The notes beneath the pieces were generated by a model, which saw only the letters and a program-made list of their open reading frames with translations, was not told the DNA's origin and did no database searches. Of a stretch of DNA of 64,000 bases, positions 52,405-64,000 are shown in pieces. A program made the translations under genes and the position numbers. The stretch comes from the human T2T-CHM13v2.0 reference genome, Homo sapiens. The stretch is from NCBI GenBank assembly GCA_009914755.4, contig CP068257.2:43456001-43520000 (forward strand), written 5' to 3'. The stretch's first letter is position 1. Each line of letters opens with the position of its first letter.

Positions 52405-55400
52405 TTAAAGTATGGGAGTTTAGGCATACTTTGCAAGTTGTTTCTTGAATATACTTTTCTGAATTATGGCTTGCTATACAAGTTTTGGTCTTTTAAGGTA
52501 AGAGTTACAATGGAGATGGGGAAATTATACTTTTCTCATTTCAAGGAAAGCAACAGTCATGAGTTATGCATCAGTTGGGAAACGGGATGATAGGAAGTTG
52601 CAAGGCAACCTGGTTTCAGCCGGACCGGGACTCTCCCGGGGCTGCGTCCTGCTAGAGCTGGCAGGACACAGAATACCACTAGCAGCCTCCCTGGGAGTGG
52701 CTTGGCGTCTTGGCCACCTCTTTCCACGGATGTGGTGGATGTGGGGGTAAACTAGAGAGACTAAAGCCCACTATTGGGCTCAGCTTCCTGTAGAAATCAA
52801 ATCAGATGAAAACCCTGACCCAGAGGGAGAAGGCAGAGAGTTGGACTTTTGAAAACGTGAGTGTGTCCAGCAACCAGGCAGCAACAGTCCTTGTTTTTAT
52901 CGAACTTCTATAAGCACTTTATTTCTCCAGAATAATTTCATCATAAAGAATCCAGAGCTCAGACAGCTCTTTACCATCTGTCTTTTCCTTTTTTCTTACC
53001 CTGTGTTTGGCTTGATCTGGACTGCACTTAACCATGACAATGTTAAGTGCTTTCTTCTGGGTAAAAATTCTGGCTTCTTCTCCAGAAATTCTGGCTCCAC
53101 TTCTCAAATTGTTTCTGTCCCTGTTAGGAGACCCCTGGGGCCTCGGCTGGAGAGACAGTGCAGCTAGTCCCAGCAGCCACTGTGCTTGGGCCTGGCCAGC
53201 CCCTCCTCAGGGGTCACGGCACTGCTCACCTGGTGACTAGGTCTTCTCAGCCAGATCAGTTCATGTGCTCTGGTGTTTTTGAGCTTCTGGCTAGTCCTCA
53301 GTTTCTCAGACCTGGTTAATCACAGTGTGGAGTCATTTTTCATAACTGTGCACCTCACTTGTTTGATGCATGGCAAGGGAATAATTAAATTAATAAACCT
53401 ACAGATATTCCCCCTTACAGTTTTCAAATACAGTAAGTGAATTTCTACTATAAAATAGGTCCAAAGAGGTTTTATTGTTTCTTATTTGAAATAATTAAAG
53501 AACATTTATGTTTCCCTTTTGTGGTTTCTTGGTTCTAATCCTGTGGGTTGCTTTTGACGTCCTCTGTTGGGGATACACTGTGCATCCGTATTTAACAGGA
53601 GATCCCGAACTCCCAGCAGGGAGCTAAGCACAGATGTGTGCACAGATGCGTGCTTAGGTAAGGATTTTGTGCAAGGTGACTTGTAATATGAAACTGTAAA
53701 ACGTGCTACCTTAGACTGGAGAGAGAAGGGGGTGGTCTGATGTTTTCCACACGCCTCTTTTACCAAAATGGGTCATCTTATCTGTCTCAGGCCAGGCCCC
53801 CGGGGGTGCACAGGAACAGCACAGCTGCAGTGAAGGAGGGGCTCCTGCAGCCGGGCTGGCCCCAGAGCTGTGGGTCGTGCCCTGCGTGTTGCTCAGCGCG
53901 TTCTGCAGTTGCCCTGGCCTTAGTCCCCCATCTCGCTGTGATAGCCATGCAGGTCAGCAACTGTGAGCCTTCCTGGCTCCCACGCTGCCCCCGGCACCTC
54001 TCTCTGTTTCTGCTCCCAGCATCCTCTCAGCTTCTCTTCTGAGCCCCACGCAGCGGTTCCTGCTTTACCAGCACCACTTCTCCTCTGTCACCGAGAGAGA
54101 GCAAGAGGCTGCCGCGCCTGTGCCAACTGCCTGGTGAGGCTCCGTCGAGTGATGTGCAGGGCCTTGCGGTACAGCCCTCTCGAACTCACCCCACCAGAGG
54201 CCTGTCGGCATCACTGTCAGAAACAGGCGTTCTCCCCTCCCAGCCCCCGTCACAAGCTAAGCATCTGTGAGAACGGAGGCTCTGCTTCCCCGAGGATCCT
54301 GCCCCAGACGTGGGGGCAGCCTTTGCAGACAGCTTCTGTCCCACTCACCTCCTCCTTGGTTTTCACTCCTTTATGCCCTCACGGACCTGCCCACCAGTTC
54401 CCAAGCCCTCAGGGCCATGGCAGCCTCCGTGAGGGTGTGAGCTGGGTAAAAGGAATTAAGGTGGAGTCACAGCTACCAGTGGCTGATTGCCCGTGGGTGT
54501 CAGGCTGGCCCTAGGTGCCCCATTGCTAGTTCACTGTCCTGGGACGGCCCCAGTATTGTCAGCATTGAAGGAAAGAATCCGGACAGGCAGCAGAGGCTCC
54601 CACCTGATGACACTGAGGCTCCTGCCTTAGCACCAGGGCCTGGGCTCCCCTTTGCTGTAATGTCGTAAAGTATGTCAGGAAGGTTTGCCCATGACCTGGT
54701 GGAGAGAGAAGAGATGTGACAAGGCGACTCTGGCTTGTGTATCCCGCCCACAGGGGAAGCTTGGAGGAGTCGGTTTGTGAAAAATCAGGGCTCTGAGGGC
54801 ACTGGAGCTGGTGCTGAGTTCTGCAGCAGTCAAGAAGTAGAGCAGAGCTGAAATCCTGGCTGCTCATGGGCATCACAGATGCATTCGCCAGCAGCTGGGC
54901 TCGGCTTTGCTCTAACATCCGCCCCTCCTCTGGGAGCGTTGTTTCTCTACTCCTGGCTGCCCAGCCCAGCTCCCTGGCCTGGCGAGATCTCTGCATCATT
55001 TCTTCTCCCCAGCTTCTCTCTCCACCCATGCCGCCATGGGAGAGTTTAGGCTGTCTCGTCCCTGACTGGCCTGAGGTAGGGCTGTGACTGTCTCCTTTTC
55101 CCTCTCTCCTGTCTTCCTCACCTATGCCCACATAATCAGTCCACCTTCCTTACTGCTGGATGCAAACCTGCTGAGTCTCTATGGCTTTCAGGATGGAGTT
55201 CAAAGACATCACCTCAGCGTGAAAGGCCCTTTCAGGTCTGGCCCGGCACAACCCTGACACCCGCATGTTCCTGGGTGCAACAACATGGGGCCCCAGGGCA
55301 GCTTCCCATGATGCATCAGCCTCTGCTGGCTCCTGATGTGGCCTCTGTTCCTGTCTTAGGCCCCTATTCCTCTCGGCAGGCTCCACACTTGCCTTACTCT

Positions 55401-56173
55401 ATCTCAGAAGCTCATCCTGACACCAGCTCTGTCCTCTGTACTGGGAACATGGAGCAGAAATCCATCACGGCTGCTGATCCATGCATGCTGATGAGTTGCT
55501 GGCTGCCTCCTTGTGCACAGCATCTGGGGGCACTCAGGTGGCCCTGCTGTCTCTGGGCCTGTCCCTGACACTGGCAGGGGTTGGGGCACCAGAGTTCAAA
55601 TGGGGGCCGCATATCTTGTCTAAATCTTCCAGAGTTTTAAGTCAAGCCAGTGCACTATTGATACAATATGTTGTGTCTTCTTCTTTGACAACTACATCTT
55701 CAAAATGGAAAAAATATGTGGGGACCTATGGTTTTTATATGAATTAATGTTGGCAAAATATCAAAGACCACTGAATTTAACTGTTAATTTAACTGTTATC
55801 TAGGTGTTCTGTTCAGAGGCCACTCATGTTTGAATGAGTAACAGGATCAAGACATGATTTATCAATAAGTGCATATATCTCCCATAACATTGATTATTTT
55901 GTTTTTATTTCTGCAAATGACTAATCATGTTTTATATTAAGCATTTTCGGATAATGCTTGTTCTGTTGGTGCTCACGGCCTAATGCGGGGCTAGCGCACA
56001 GCGGCCTACATCCTGTTTTTTGTGCAGTGTTTACAGTTTTTAAAGAGTTGTTAAAAAATAAAATAGTGCAACAGAGACATGGCCACGAAGTCTAAAGTAC
56101 TTACTCTTTGCCCCTTTACAGAAAATGTTTGCTACCACTTGATCTAAAGGATTAAAAAATAAAACATGTCATT

Positions 56174-56469
<296 letters not shown>

Positions 56470-58597
56470 TCATTGAATTTGAAGTATACAAAATTTGAAT
56501 ATCTTTCTATCAAAAATTTGAATTTTAAGGAAATAACAAAGCAAAAATTATAATTTTTTGTGTTTTCAAAAAATTATTTTTTCTAAATTATTAAGTTATA
56601 AGATATAAAGTAGTTAATGTGAAATGTTTAAATCAAAATTGTTTAAAGCTGAGTTTTAAATTTAATACTTTGAAAATTTAGTTAAATCATATTAATAATT
56701 TTATAAGAAATAAAACTATTGATAATTCTGATGTCTGACATCTGTCTGATTGCTGACATGGATCCTGAGTCTTACAGTGTTTTGAGGGCCTCCAGCTACA
56801 TTGGGGTTCCAGTGCCAGAGTGGCTGGCAGCCCCACCCTAACGAGAAGTGAAGGGGCTGGGCATGCTGTTTCCAGTGCTTTCATGAGATGCTGCTTTGCC
56901 TGGCGGTCGGGCCTGATGTCTCGTTGTTCCACCTGTGACCAAGGGGTCCCTCTGGAAATGTGTGTGTACTGACACATGCCCTGGTGGCTCTTGTCTGATC
57001 CATGTCCAGGTTATTCCTGCCTGACCGTCACTCGTGCCAGGAGCCCAACACAAATTCAGGCACAAATTCAGTACACCACACAATGGGGGAAACATGTTCA
57101 AAGATTTTTACTTACAGGTCCTGAGCAGGGAGGGTGCCATGAGTCAGGAGGGCCGTCCTCTGTCCCTGGGTCATGCAAGCAGGAACAAAGGGTCAGGCAG
57201 AGAGAGAGAGCACTGCAGCCAACCAGCAGAACAAATAAGGGAGTAGGGTGGGGTCACTTGAAGTGTGTGGGCAGGTGCCTGAGTGAAAGATGCCTCTAGG
57301 TTCTCATCTCTGGTACTGGCTTGAGCCACTGGGTGTGGTGTAGAACTACAAAGTGTCAGGGGTGGCTGAACTCTGCCGCTACTAGGAGAAAGTGCAGCTC
57401 ATATTCCAGATAGATGCTGAGGCAATAGAAAATGAAAAGAATTCACTATGCTTACGCAGAGTGTGTCTGGACACACACAAATTTAAGAGTAATAAGAATT
57501 GCTTAATATGGCATAATTTCCTTAGGTGCCATGTGCAGTTGTCACAAGCATTGCACTAATTGGAATAATGAATTAGAAAGTGGATGTTGGTCATTATTAG
57601 GAAAAGGTACTTTGTTACACGAGACAGTAATTGCATTGTGGCAAGAGAAAGAATCTGACTAATTAATTTGTCTTTTTTTTCTTTTGCCTATGAGTGCTTC
57701 TTCTGCTTGACTCCTCCCCATAATCGGACTCCTTCCAAGACAGCCTAATCTTCAGGGCATTTGGATGCAGCTGCCTTTTGTTCCAGAGACACAGGCCATC
57801 TCAGGGGAGGTATCTCCCTGGGGCCTGAACAGCGTTTTTCTAGACAAGAGGAGGCTGAGGGCTGTGGGTTCTGCTTTGCCAGCCCTGAATGCTGGATCCC
57901 GAGTGGCAGAGGCACCAAGTGCTGTATGATGTGTGTATGTGATGTGTGTGCATGTACATGTGTGTGATGTGTGTCCCTGCTCGCCCCAGGCTGGCCATGG
58001 TACTGTGCTAGTCACAGACTGGCTGTGCTGATCAAGCCAGGCACAGTGGAAAATGGGAAGATGTTGGCGTTTGCCCCTCCCTTGGCTGTGTGTCATTCAC
58101 CTGGGGCATGAGCTGTGCCCCTGCTCTGCAGTAATGAACAAGGCAGCTCAGCATTGGTCCGAGACACGTGAGTTAAGAGAGGAGGAAGAGCACTCTCTGG
58201 GGGCGGGGGGATCCATTTGTCAGTGGCCTGCAGTTTCCTGTCCCAGGGATTTCACTGGTGACATCCTGACCACTCACCTGCACTTTATATGGAGCTGTTT
58301 TCATCAGCTGGCGTCTGCTGAGCCTCTGCATTGTGTTGTGTGGTAGCCTGTTACTTTTTGCAGTTTTATTTTCTAAACTGTACTCTTTTATTGATAGATT
58401 TTTTGTATTAGGATTTCCATTTAAACAGGACTTTGGTACGTCTGCTGTGGGAGATTTGTTTCCCTAGAAGATTCACGGCTGTCGTTCTCTCCCCTCTGCT
58501 CGTGGTGTTTTACTGTGACTGCGCTGAACGGTTAGCTGTCACATGTCATTCTCTGGGTGGTGTGCTCTGAAGTCATTGTGGTGTGTGGGCCCCTTCA

Positions 58598-58880
58598 GCC
58601 TAGTTCTGCCTAACTGCGGCATGATGAATGGGCCCGAGGCAGAGGAGGAGGCTCCCTCGTCGGTAGGGGCTGCTGTTGTCGCAGCTGCCGGCACACGGAA
58701 GTGAGTCGGTGTGCTGCTGCCCCGAGTGACTGAGGGACAGAATGAGGCTGGGGCCGGCCGGACTGGCATTGGCGTGTCTGCATGGCGTCGTCCACCACTG
58801 GGCCTTTGCACATGGGGACCTTTTTCAGCGTCATGGGGCGTCGGTATAAAAGGAGGCGCAAGAAGCGCTCTGAGAGGAAA
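58598..58880 (+). CDS. Low-confidence candidate pair of small coding exons (58598/58620-58699 and 58829-58880) separated by a 129-nt intron; spliced reading frame MMNGPEAEEEAPSSVGAAVVAAAGTR-NVMGRRYKRRRKKRSERK...
   Basis: Locally CpG-rich 280-bp patch. Acceptor-like ccccttcag|cc at 58597. ATG at 58620 in an open frame. Strong donor cggaa|gtgagt at 58699/58700. Acceptor cctttttcag|cg at 58828/58829. Donor gaaag|gtaattc at 58880/58881. The frame is preserved across the proposed splice. Confidence 0.2.
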
Positions 58881-61654
58881 GGTAATTCATTTAGTTTTTA
58901 TTCTTCAGTGTGAAGCATTTGTCTTTAATGCAATACAGAAGTGTTTTCTGGGATAGACGGCTTTGTGAATTAATCTTGCTGATGCCAGTTACTTCCTATT
59001 TTCCCTTTTTGAGTGCCTTTTTTGTTGTTGGCATTTTATAGAATTTTAGATAGGGGCACTTAAAAAGGAAGATTCAAAAACATGTCTGTAAACATGAATA
59101 GAAATCATTTAGCTTCAGAGTCTGGAGTATGTCTTTGGAAAGATATTTATAAAACTTTAAAGTTTGTAGCTTTGAGCTACAGAAAAGGTTTTTCTCCCAG
59201 AGACAGATGCTTATATGAGATTTCCTTTGCCGCACTCTTCATTAATGACTTTTCTACATTAAAACTGTTCTTCATGCTGCAGAAAGCAAGGCTGAGCAAC
59301 CATTGTGAAAATATTTCCCCTTTAAAAGAATGGAGAGCAAATTCCTTACATTCTGCACTCCAGGTTAATACCAGTTTTTAATTCAACTTAATGTTTTAAG
59401 TCATTAAAATCTAGATTTTTTTTCTCAAAACCAGATTCAAAAGTTGTCCATGACTATACACATCACAAGCTACTGGTTTTTGGACCTAAATTGCTGCTTT
59501 AAAAGCTGTTGATGTTTTTTTTTTTCTCTTTGTATAATATGAAATAATTAATAGAAAATGCCTTAGTGAAAAGATGTGTCTAGCCCGGAGAACAGCTGAA
59601 CACAGGCGTGATCAGTGCCTCTGCCTCTGTGTCTTCTGGGCGCCCCCTTAGTGTCCCCCACCCGACAGGACTGGAGTACAGCGCTTCACCACCACAGGGC
59701 CCTTGGGACATGCTGTGGCAGGAGATGGCTGTTTCTTCAGGAAGTAAAATTAACCTCGGTTTTTTGGTGTGGCTTCCTAAGAAGAAGAACAGATGAATCT
59801 CAAAGTCAGCAATCTTGTAATAGTACCTTGTAATATAACAAAGGTGACAGCACCTAATGGAAGTCTGTGTCTGGGAGTGGGGAACCCCTGACCCTGGGCC
59901 CTCTGTGCACCGTGCTGCCAGGTGCTTGTGTCCAGGGCTGGGGATGCCACACCCTCGATGCTTTCCTGGACTGACGGGCGGTCTCAGGACAGCCAATCTG
60001 TGCGGCCCCCTCTGCCCTCACCTCAAGAGGTCACAGCATTGGCCTGTTTTTGTTTCCTCAGTTAAGCTTTGGAAATTGAGATGTCACTAAGACAGGCAAT
60101 AGGGAGTAAAACAAAGGCACAGGCAAAAACTAAAGGACATTTTTACCAAATACCCTCAATTTAGAATTACCACCACTTTTCCCATGGACACTCATCACTA
60201 ATTATTTAAGTTGGGAAAAATATTGAGAAGTACAAGAATAATTCTGTCATCATTCTTTTGGAATTTACTGTGATTCAAGCTTAAAATGTCTTTTTCATGC
60301 ATTCCATAATCTCATTCTGCAGTGGGAAAACCACTCTCAAATATGTTGCATTTTCAGACCAAGGTTATAAGAAATTGAGAGGGTTATAAGATGTAACAAT
60401 GAGGCCCACATATTAAATGGCTTGTGTTCCTTGGTCATTCCTATGTGAGTAAGTTCATTGTGAGTGTTACTAAACAGTATCATGTTATGTGTTAGTTCTC
60501 GCTGTTGGTATTTTGTAATAAGCATTATCTTTGAAACTAATAAAAATACCTTTGAAATTATCGATATTATTAAGATTGGCCATCACATTTATACCAAACT
60601 GGCAAAGTTTTATAAGATGTAAAATAGTCTTTTATACTGTATATTTCTAAGGTACTGTAAATCATGTGTATTGCATGGTTTTTTCCCTAAGACTGATACA
60701 ATGTACGCCTTTTAAAATGTAATTCTTTGATGAAAACAATGTAGTAGCAAGTTACGGGTTTTAGTTGGCTTCAGTGGCAATATAATTTCAGTGATTTTTT
60801 TCATCACTCCTGAATTATACTTGCAGTTACTCCCTTCCACAGGGCAAATAATTGACTGTTGACTGTGTGTGAGCCTCAGATGGGTTAGCTTAATCATCAG
60901 GAAAATAGGGCTAAAGAATAATGTACCATTTAAATACTGGCCAGAGTCCCCATCAAGCAGACACTGCCACCCTGGCAGATGCTGCCAGCACGAGACCTGG
61001 GAGAGGTCTGGGAGCCACAGGGCAGGATTCTGAGTAGCAGTTAGTGCCCATATATGGAGCGCTTCCTGCACCCAGCCAGTGCTCAGTGGCTGCTGCTGTA
61101 GCCTCATTCACTCACAGCACTGCTGCTAAGTTCATGACCAGTGGGAGGGGAGAGAGATGGGAACAAAGAGGCAGTCCTTCAGTCCCCACCCTCCTGCTGT
61201 CTGAATAGCATCCTGTATTTCCAGATGTATTTCTCACTGAGTGTTTTGTTTGTCCCCTATGTGATAACATCCTTATCTGTGCTTAGTCGTGTATGCACAT
61301 GTGAAGACCACTGTCCTCTGGCAGCAGTTCTGAACTGTGTTTTAGTCTGAGGCTGGGCTCCCCCATGTTTCCAGGATAGAGGTGAACAGGGTGTGGGGAC
61401 CTCTGTGGAGCTGGAGGTCCAAACGTAGAGAGGCCTGCTCCCCCTGAGTACTTCTGGAGGAGAAGCCCTGGAACTCCTGACCTTCACCCTTCACAGAGTG
61501 AGCAGAGCCAGTTGGCCAAGGGGAGGAAGCAGGCGGCTGTCGTACCAGCCTCCTTCTCTGGTGCCAGCCATGACTCTCACCTTACAAAGAGAGCAACCCT
61601 TTGTGAGATGCAGAGCATGGTAGCACCTGGAGGTATAGGACGGGATGGCATTTA

Positions 61655-63643
61655 TCCACCCATCCATATACCAGTCCATCTACTCATTGTAGTCCATCCA
61701 TCTGTCCGTCAACCTATCATCCATCTGTTCACTCATTTACCCATCTACCCACCCATCCATCATCCATCCACTCACCCATCCATCCACCCATCTACCCATG
61801 CATCCATCATCCATCTCTCCATGCATCCATCATCCATCTCTCCATCTAGTCATCCATCTATCTGCGCATCTACCCATCACCCATCTATTCATCCATCCAC
61901 CCACCCACCCACCCATCATCACCTATCATCCATCATCCATTCATCCATCCATCCACCCACCCACCCATCATCACCCATTACCCATTATCCATCATCCATC
62001 CATCCATCCACCCACCCACCCATCATCCATTCATCCAACCATTCATCCACCCACCCACCCTCATCACCCATTACCCATCATCCATCATCCACCCACCCAC
62101 CCATCATCCCCCATCATCCATCATCCAGCCATCCACCCACCCACCCACCATCACCCATTACCCATCATCCATCATCCACTCACCCACCCACCATCACCCA
62201 TCATCCACCCACCCAACCACCCACCATCACCCATCATCCATTCATCCATCCATCTGCCCACCCACCCATCATCCATTCATCCATCCATCCATCCACCCAT
62301 CATCACCTATCATCCATCATCCATTCATCCACCCATCCATCCACCTACCCATCATCACCCATCATCTGTCATCCATCCATCCATCCACCCACCCACCCAC
62401 CCATCATCACCCATCACCCATCATCTATCTATCCATCCATCCACCCATCCATCATTACCCATCATCCATCTATCCATGCACCCACCCACCATCACCCATC
62501 ATCCACCCACCCAACCACCCACCATCACCCATCATCCATCATCCATTCATCCATCCATCTGCCCACCCACCCATCATCCATTCATCCATCCATCCACCCA
62601 CCCATCATCACCTATCATCCATCATCCATTCATCCATCCATCCATCCACCTACCCATCATCACCCATCATCTGTCATCCATCCATCCATCCACCCACCCA
62701 CCCATCATCACCCATCACCCATCATCTATCCAGCCATCCATCCACCCACCCATCATCACCCATCACCCATCATCCATCCATCCATCCACCCACCCATCAT
62801 CACCCATCACCCATCATCCATCTATCCATCCACCCACCCATCATCACCCATCACCCATCATCCATCCATCCATCCATCCACCCACCCATCATCACCCATC
62901 ACCCATCATCTATCTATCCATCCATCCACCCACCCATCATTACCCATCATCCATCTATCCATGCACCCACCCACCATCACCCATCATCCACCCACCCAAC
63001 CACCCACCATCACCCATCATCCATCATCCATTCATCCATCCATCTGCCCACCCACCCATCATCCATTCATCCATCCATCCACCCACCCATCATCACCTAT
63101 CATCCATCATCCATTCATCCATCCATCCATCCACCTACCCATCATCACCCATCATCTGTCATCCATCCATCCATCCACCCACCCACCCATCATCACCCAT
63201 CACCCATCATCTATCCAGCCATCCATCCACCCACCCATCATCACCCATCACCCATCATCCATCCATCCATCCACCCACCCATCATCACCCATCACCCATC
63301 ATCCATCTATCCATCCACCCACCCATCATCACCCATCACCCATCATCCATCCATCCATCCATCCACCCACCCATCATCACCCATCATCCATCATCCATTC
63401 GTCCATCCATCCACCCACCCATCATCACCCATCATCCATCATCCATTCATCCATCCACCCACGCACCCACCCACCCACCCATCATCACCCATCACCCATC
63501 ATCCATTCATCCATCCATCCACCCATGCACCCACTCATCATCATCCATCATCTGTCTTCCATCCATCCACCCACCCACTCACCCATCACCCATCAGCCAT
63601 CATCTGTCATCCATTCATCCATCCACCCCCCCACGCACCCACT
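61655..63643. repeat. About 2-kb CATC/CACC-rich minisatellite (reads as GATG/GGTG-rich on the minus strand), with higher-order blocks of about 300 and about 480 bp
   Basis: Continuous array of catccatccacccacccatcatcacccatcacccatcatcc-type units. Landmark strings (catccacccacccaaccacccaccatcacccatcatcc at about 62200, 62500 and 62980; catcatctgtcatcc at about 62367, 62669 and 63147) show multi-hundred-bp periodicity. The track ORFs 61512..63725 (737 aa) and 61798..63783 (661 aa) are His/Pro/Ser/Thr/Ile low-complexity artefacts. Confidence 0.95.
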
Positions 63644-64000
63644 TCTCTACATTGTTCCGTTCATCCAACAAGTACTCATTACACCCTTCTCTGCATGCTG
63701 GCACCAGGGGTTTGAACATGCTTAGGGAAGATGGGGGTAATGGGATGGCAGTGGCAGGGGGCAGCCACAGCTTTCAGGCTTGAGGTTTGTTCTGGAATGG
63801 GCCACCTGAAATCCCACTAGGTGCATGAAGAGGATGGATTTATGTGATTTGTCACTGCTGCACTGTATGTGTAGTAGTGGGGAGGGATATTCTCCAGTAT
63901 CTGGTGAGAAAGGAAGACACCATTCTCTAGCAGTGTCTGCCAGGAGAGGGGCCCAAGTAAGGAAAGTTGAACCCCCAGTGGACAGCAGCGTTATGGATAG

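Noticed and set aside
53963-55131. Track ORFs of 183 aa (plus) and 190 aa (minus)
   Set aside because: No Kozak or splice-site context, GC-moderate unique DNA, Pro/Ser/Arg-rich composition typical of noise, and no recognisable domain or motif.
58840-58852. tataaaag as a TATA box driving a promoter
   Set aside because: A TSS about 25-30 bp downstream would leave only about 6 nt before the GTAATT donor. The motif sits inside an open frame bounded by a good acceptor and donor, so it is better explained as coding (Tyr-Lys-Arg). It is retained only as a caveat in the exon hypothesis.
61512-63783. Track ORFs of 737 aa and 661 aa on the plus strand (the longest ORFs in the window)
   Set aside because: They are entirely encoded by the CATC/CACC minisatellite. 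The product is His/Pro/Ser/Thr/Ile low-complexity ([10 protein letters not shown]...), there is no Kozak or splice context, and reading-frame openness is a trivial consequence of a G-poor, stop-poor repeat.

Overview
This window reads as primate, most likely human, nuclear genomic DNA. It is not a prokaryotic or accessory-element region. The decisive evidence is about 16 Alu SINEs in both orientations, a THE1/MST-type MaLR solo LTR, old L1 ORF2-derived fragments, a hAT-type MITE, many microsatellites, and several GC-rich minisatellites/VNTRs. Almost every ORF in the supplied six-frame track is therefore an artefact: it is Alu-derived, repeat-derived, or GC-rich noise. Several track ORFs only exist because TTG was accepted as a start codon. 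Most of the window looks intronic or intergenic. The one strong gene-like signal is a roughly 0.7-kb CpG island at about 7.0-7.7 kb. It contains a Kozak-perfect ATG, and on the minus strand a compact intronless mini-gene model. That model is a 77-aa ORF with an N-terminal signal peptide, an N-glycosylation sequon and a C-terminal GPI-anchor-like hydrophobic tail, followed about 300 nt downstream by an ATTAAA hexamer and a GU-rich element. Structural highlights are a 2-kb CATC/CACC-rich minisatellite at 61.7-63.6 kb with higher-order periodicity. There is also a roughly 1-kb GC/GT-rich VNTR at 39.9-40.8 kb and a roughly 0.5-kb 20-bp minisatellite at 47.9-48.4 kb. An Alu insertion at 31.0-31.3 kb has a perfect 17-bp target-site duplication and a tail that has turned into (TG)23. 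Several young tandem duplications have near-identical copies. A few candidate small exons with canonical splice sites are flagged at low confidence. All coordinates are hand-counted and may be off by a few bp.
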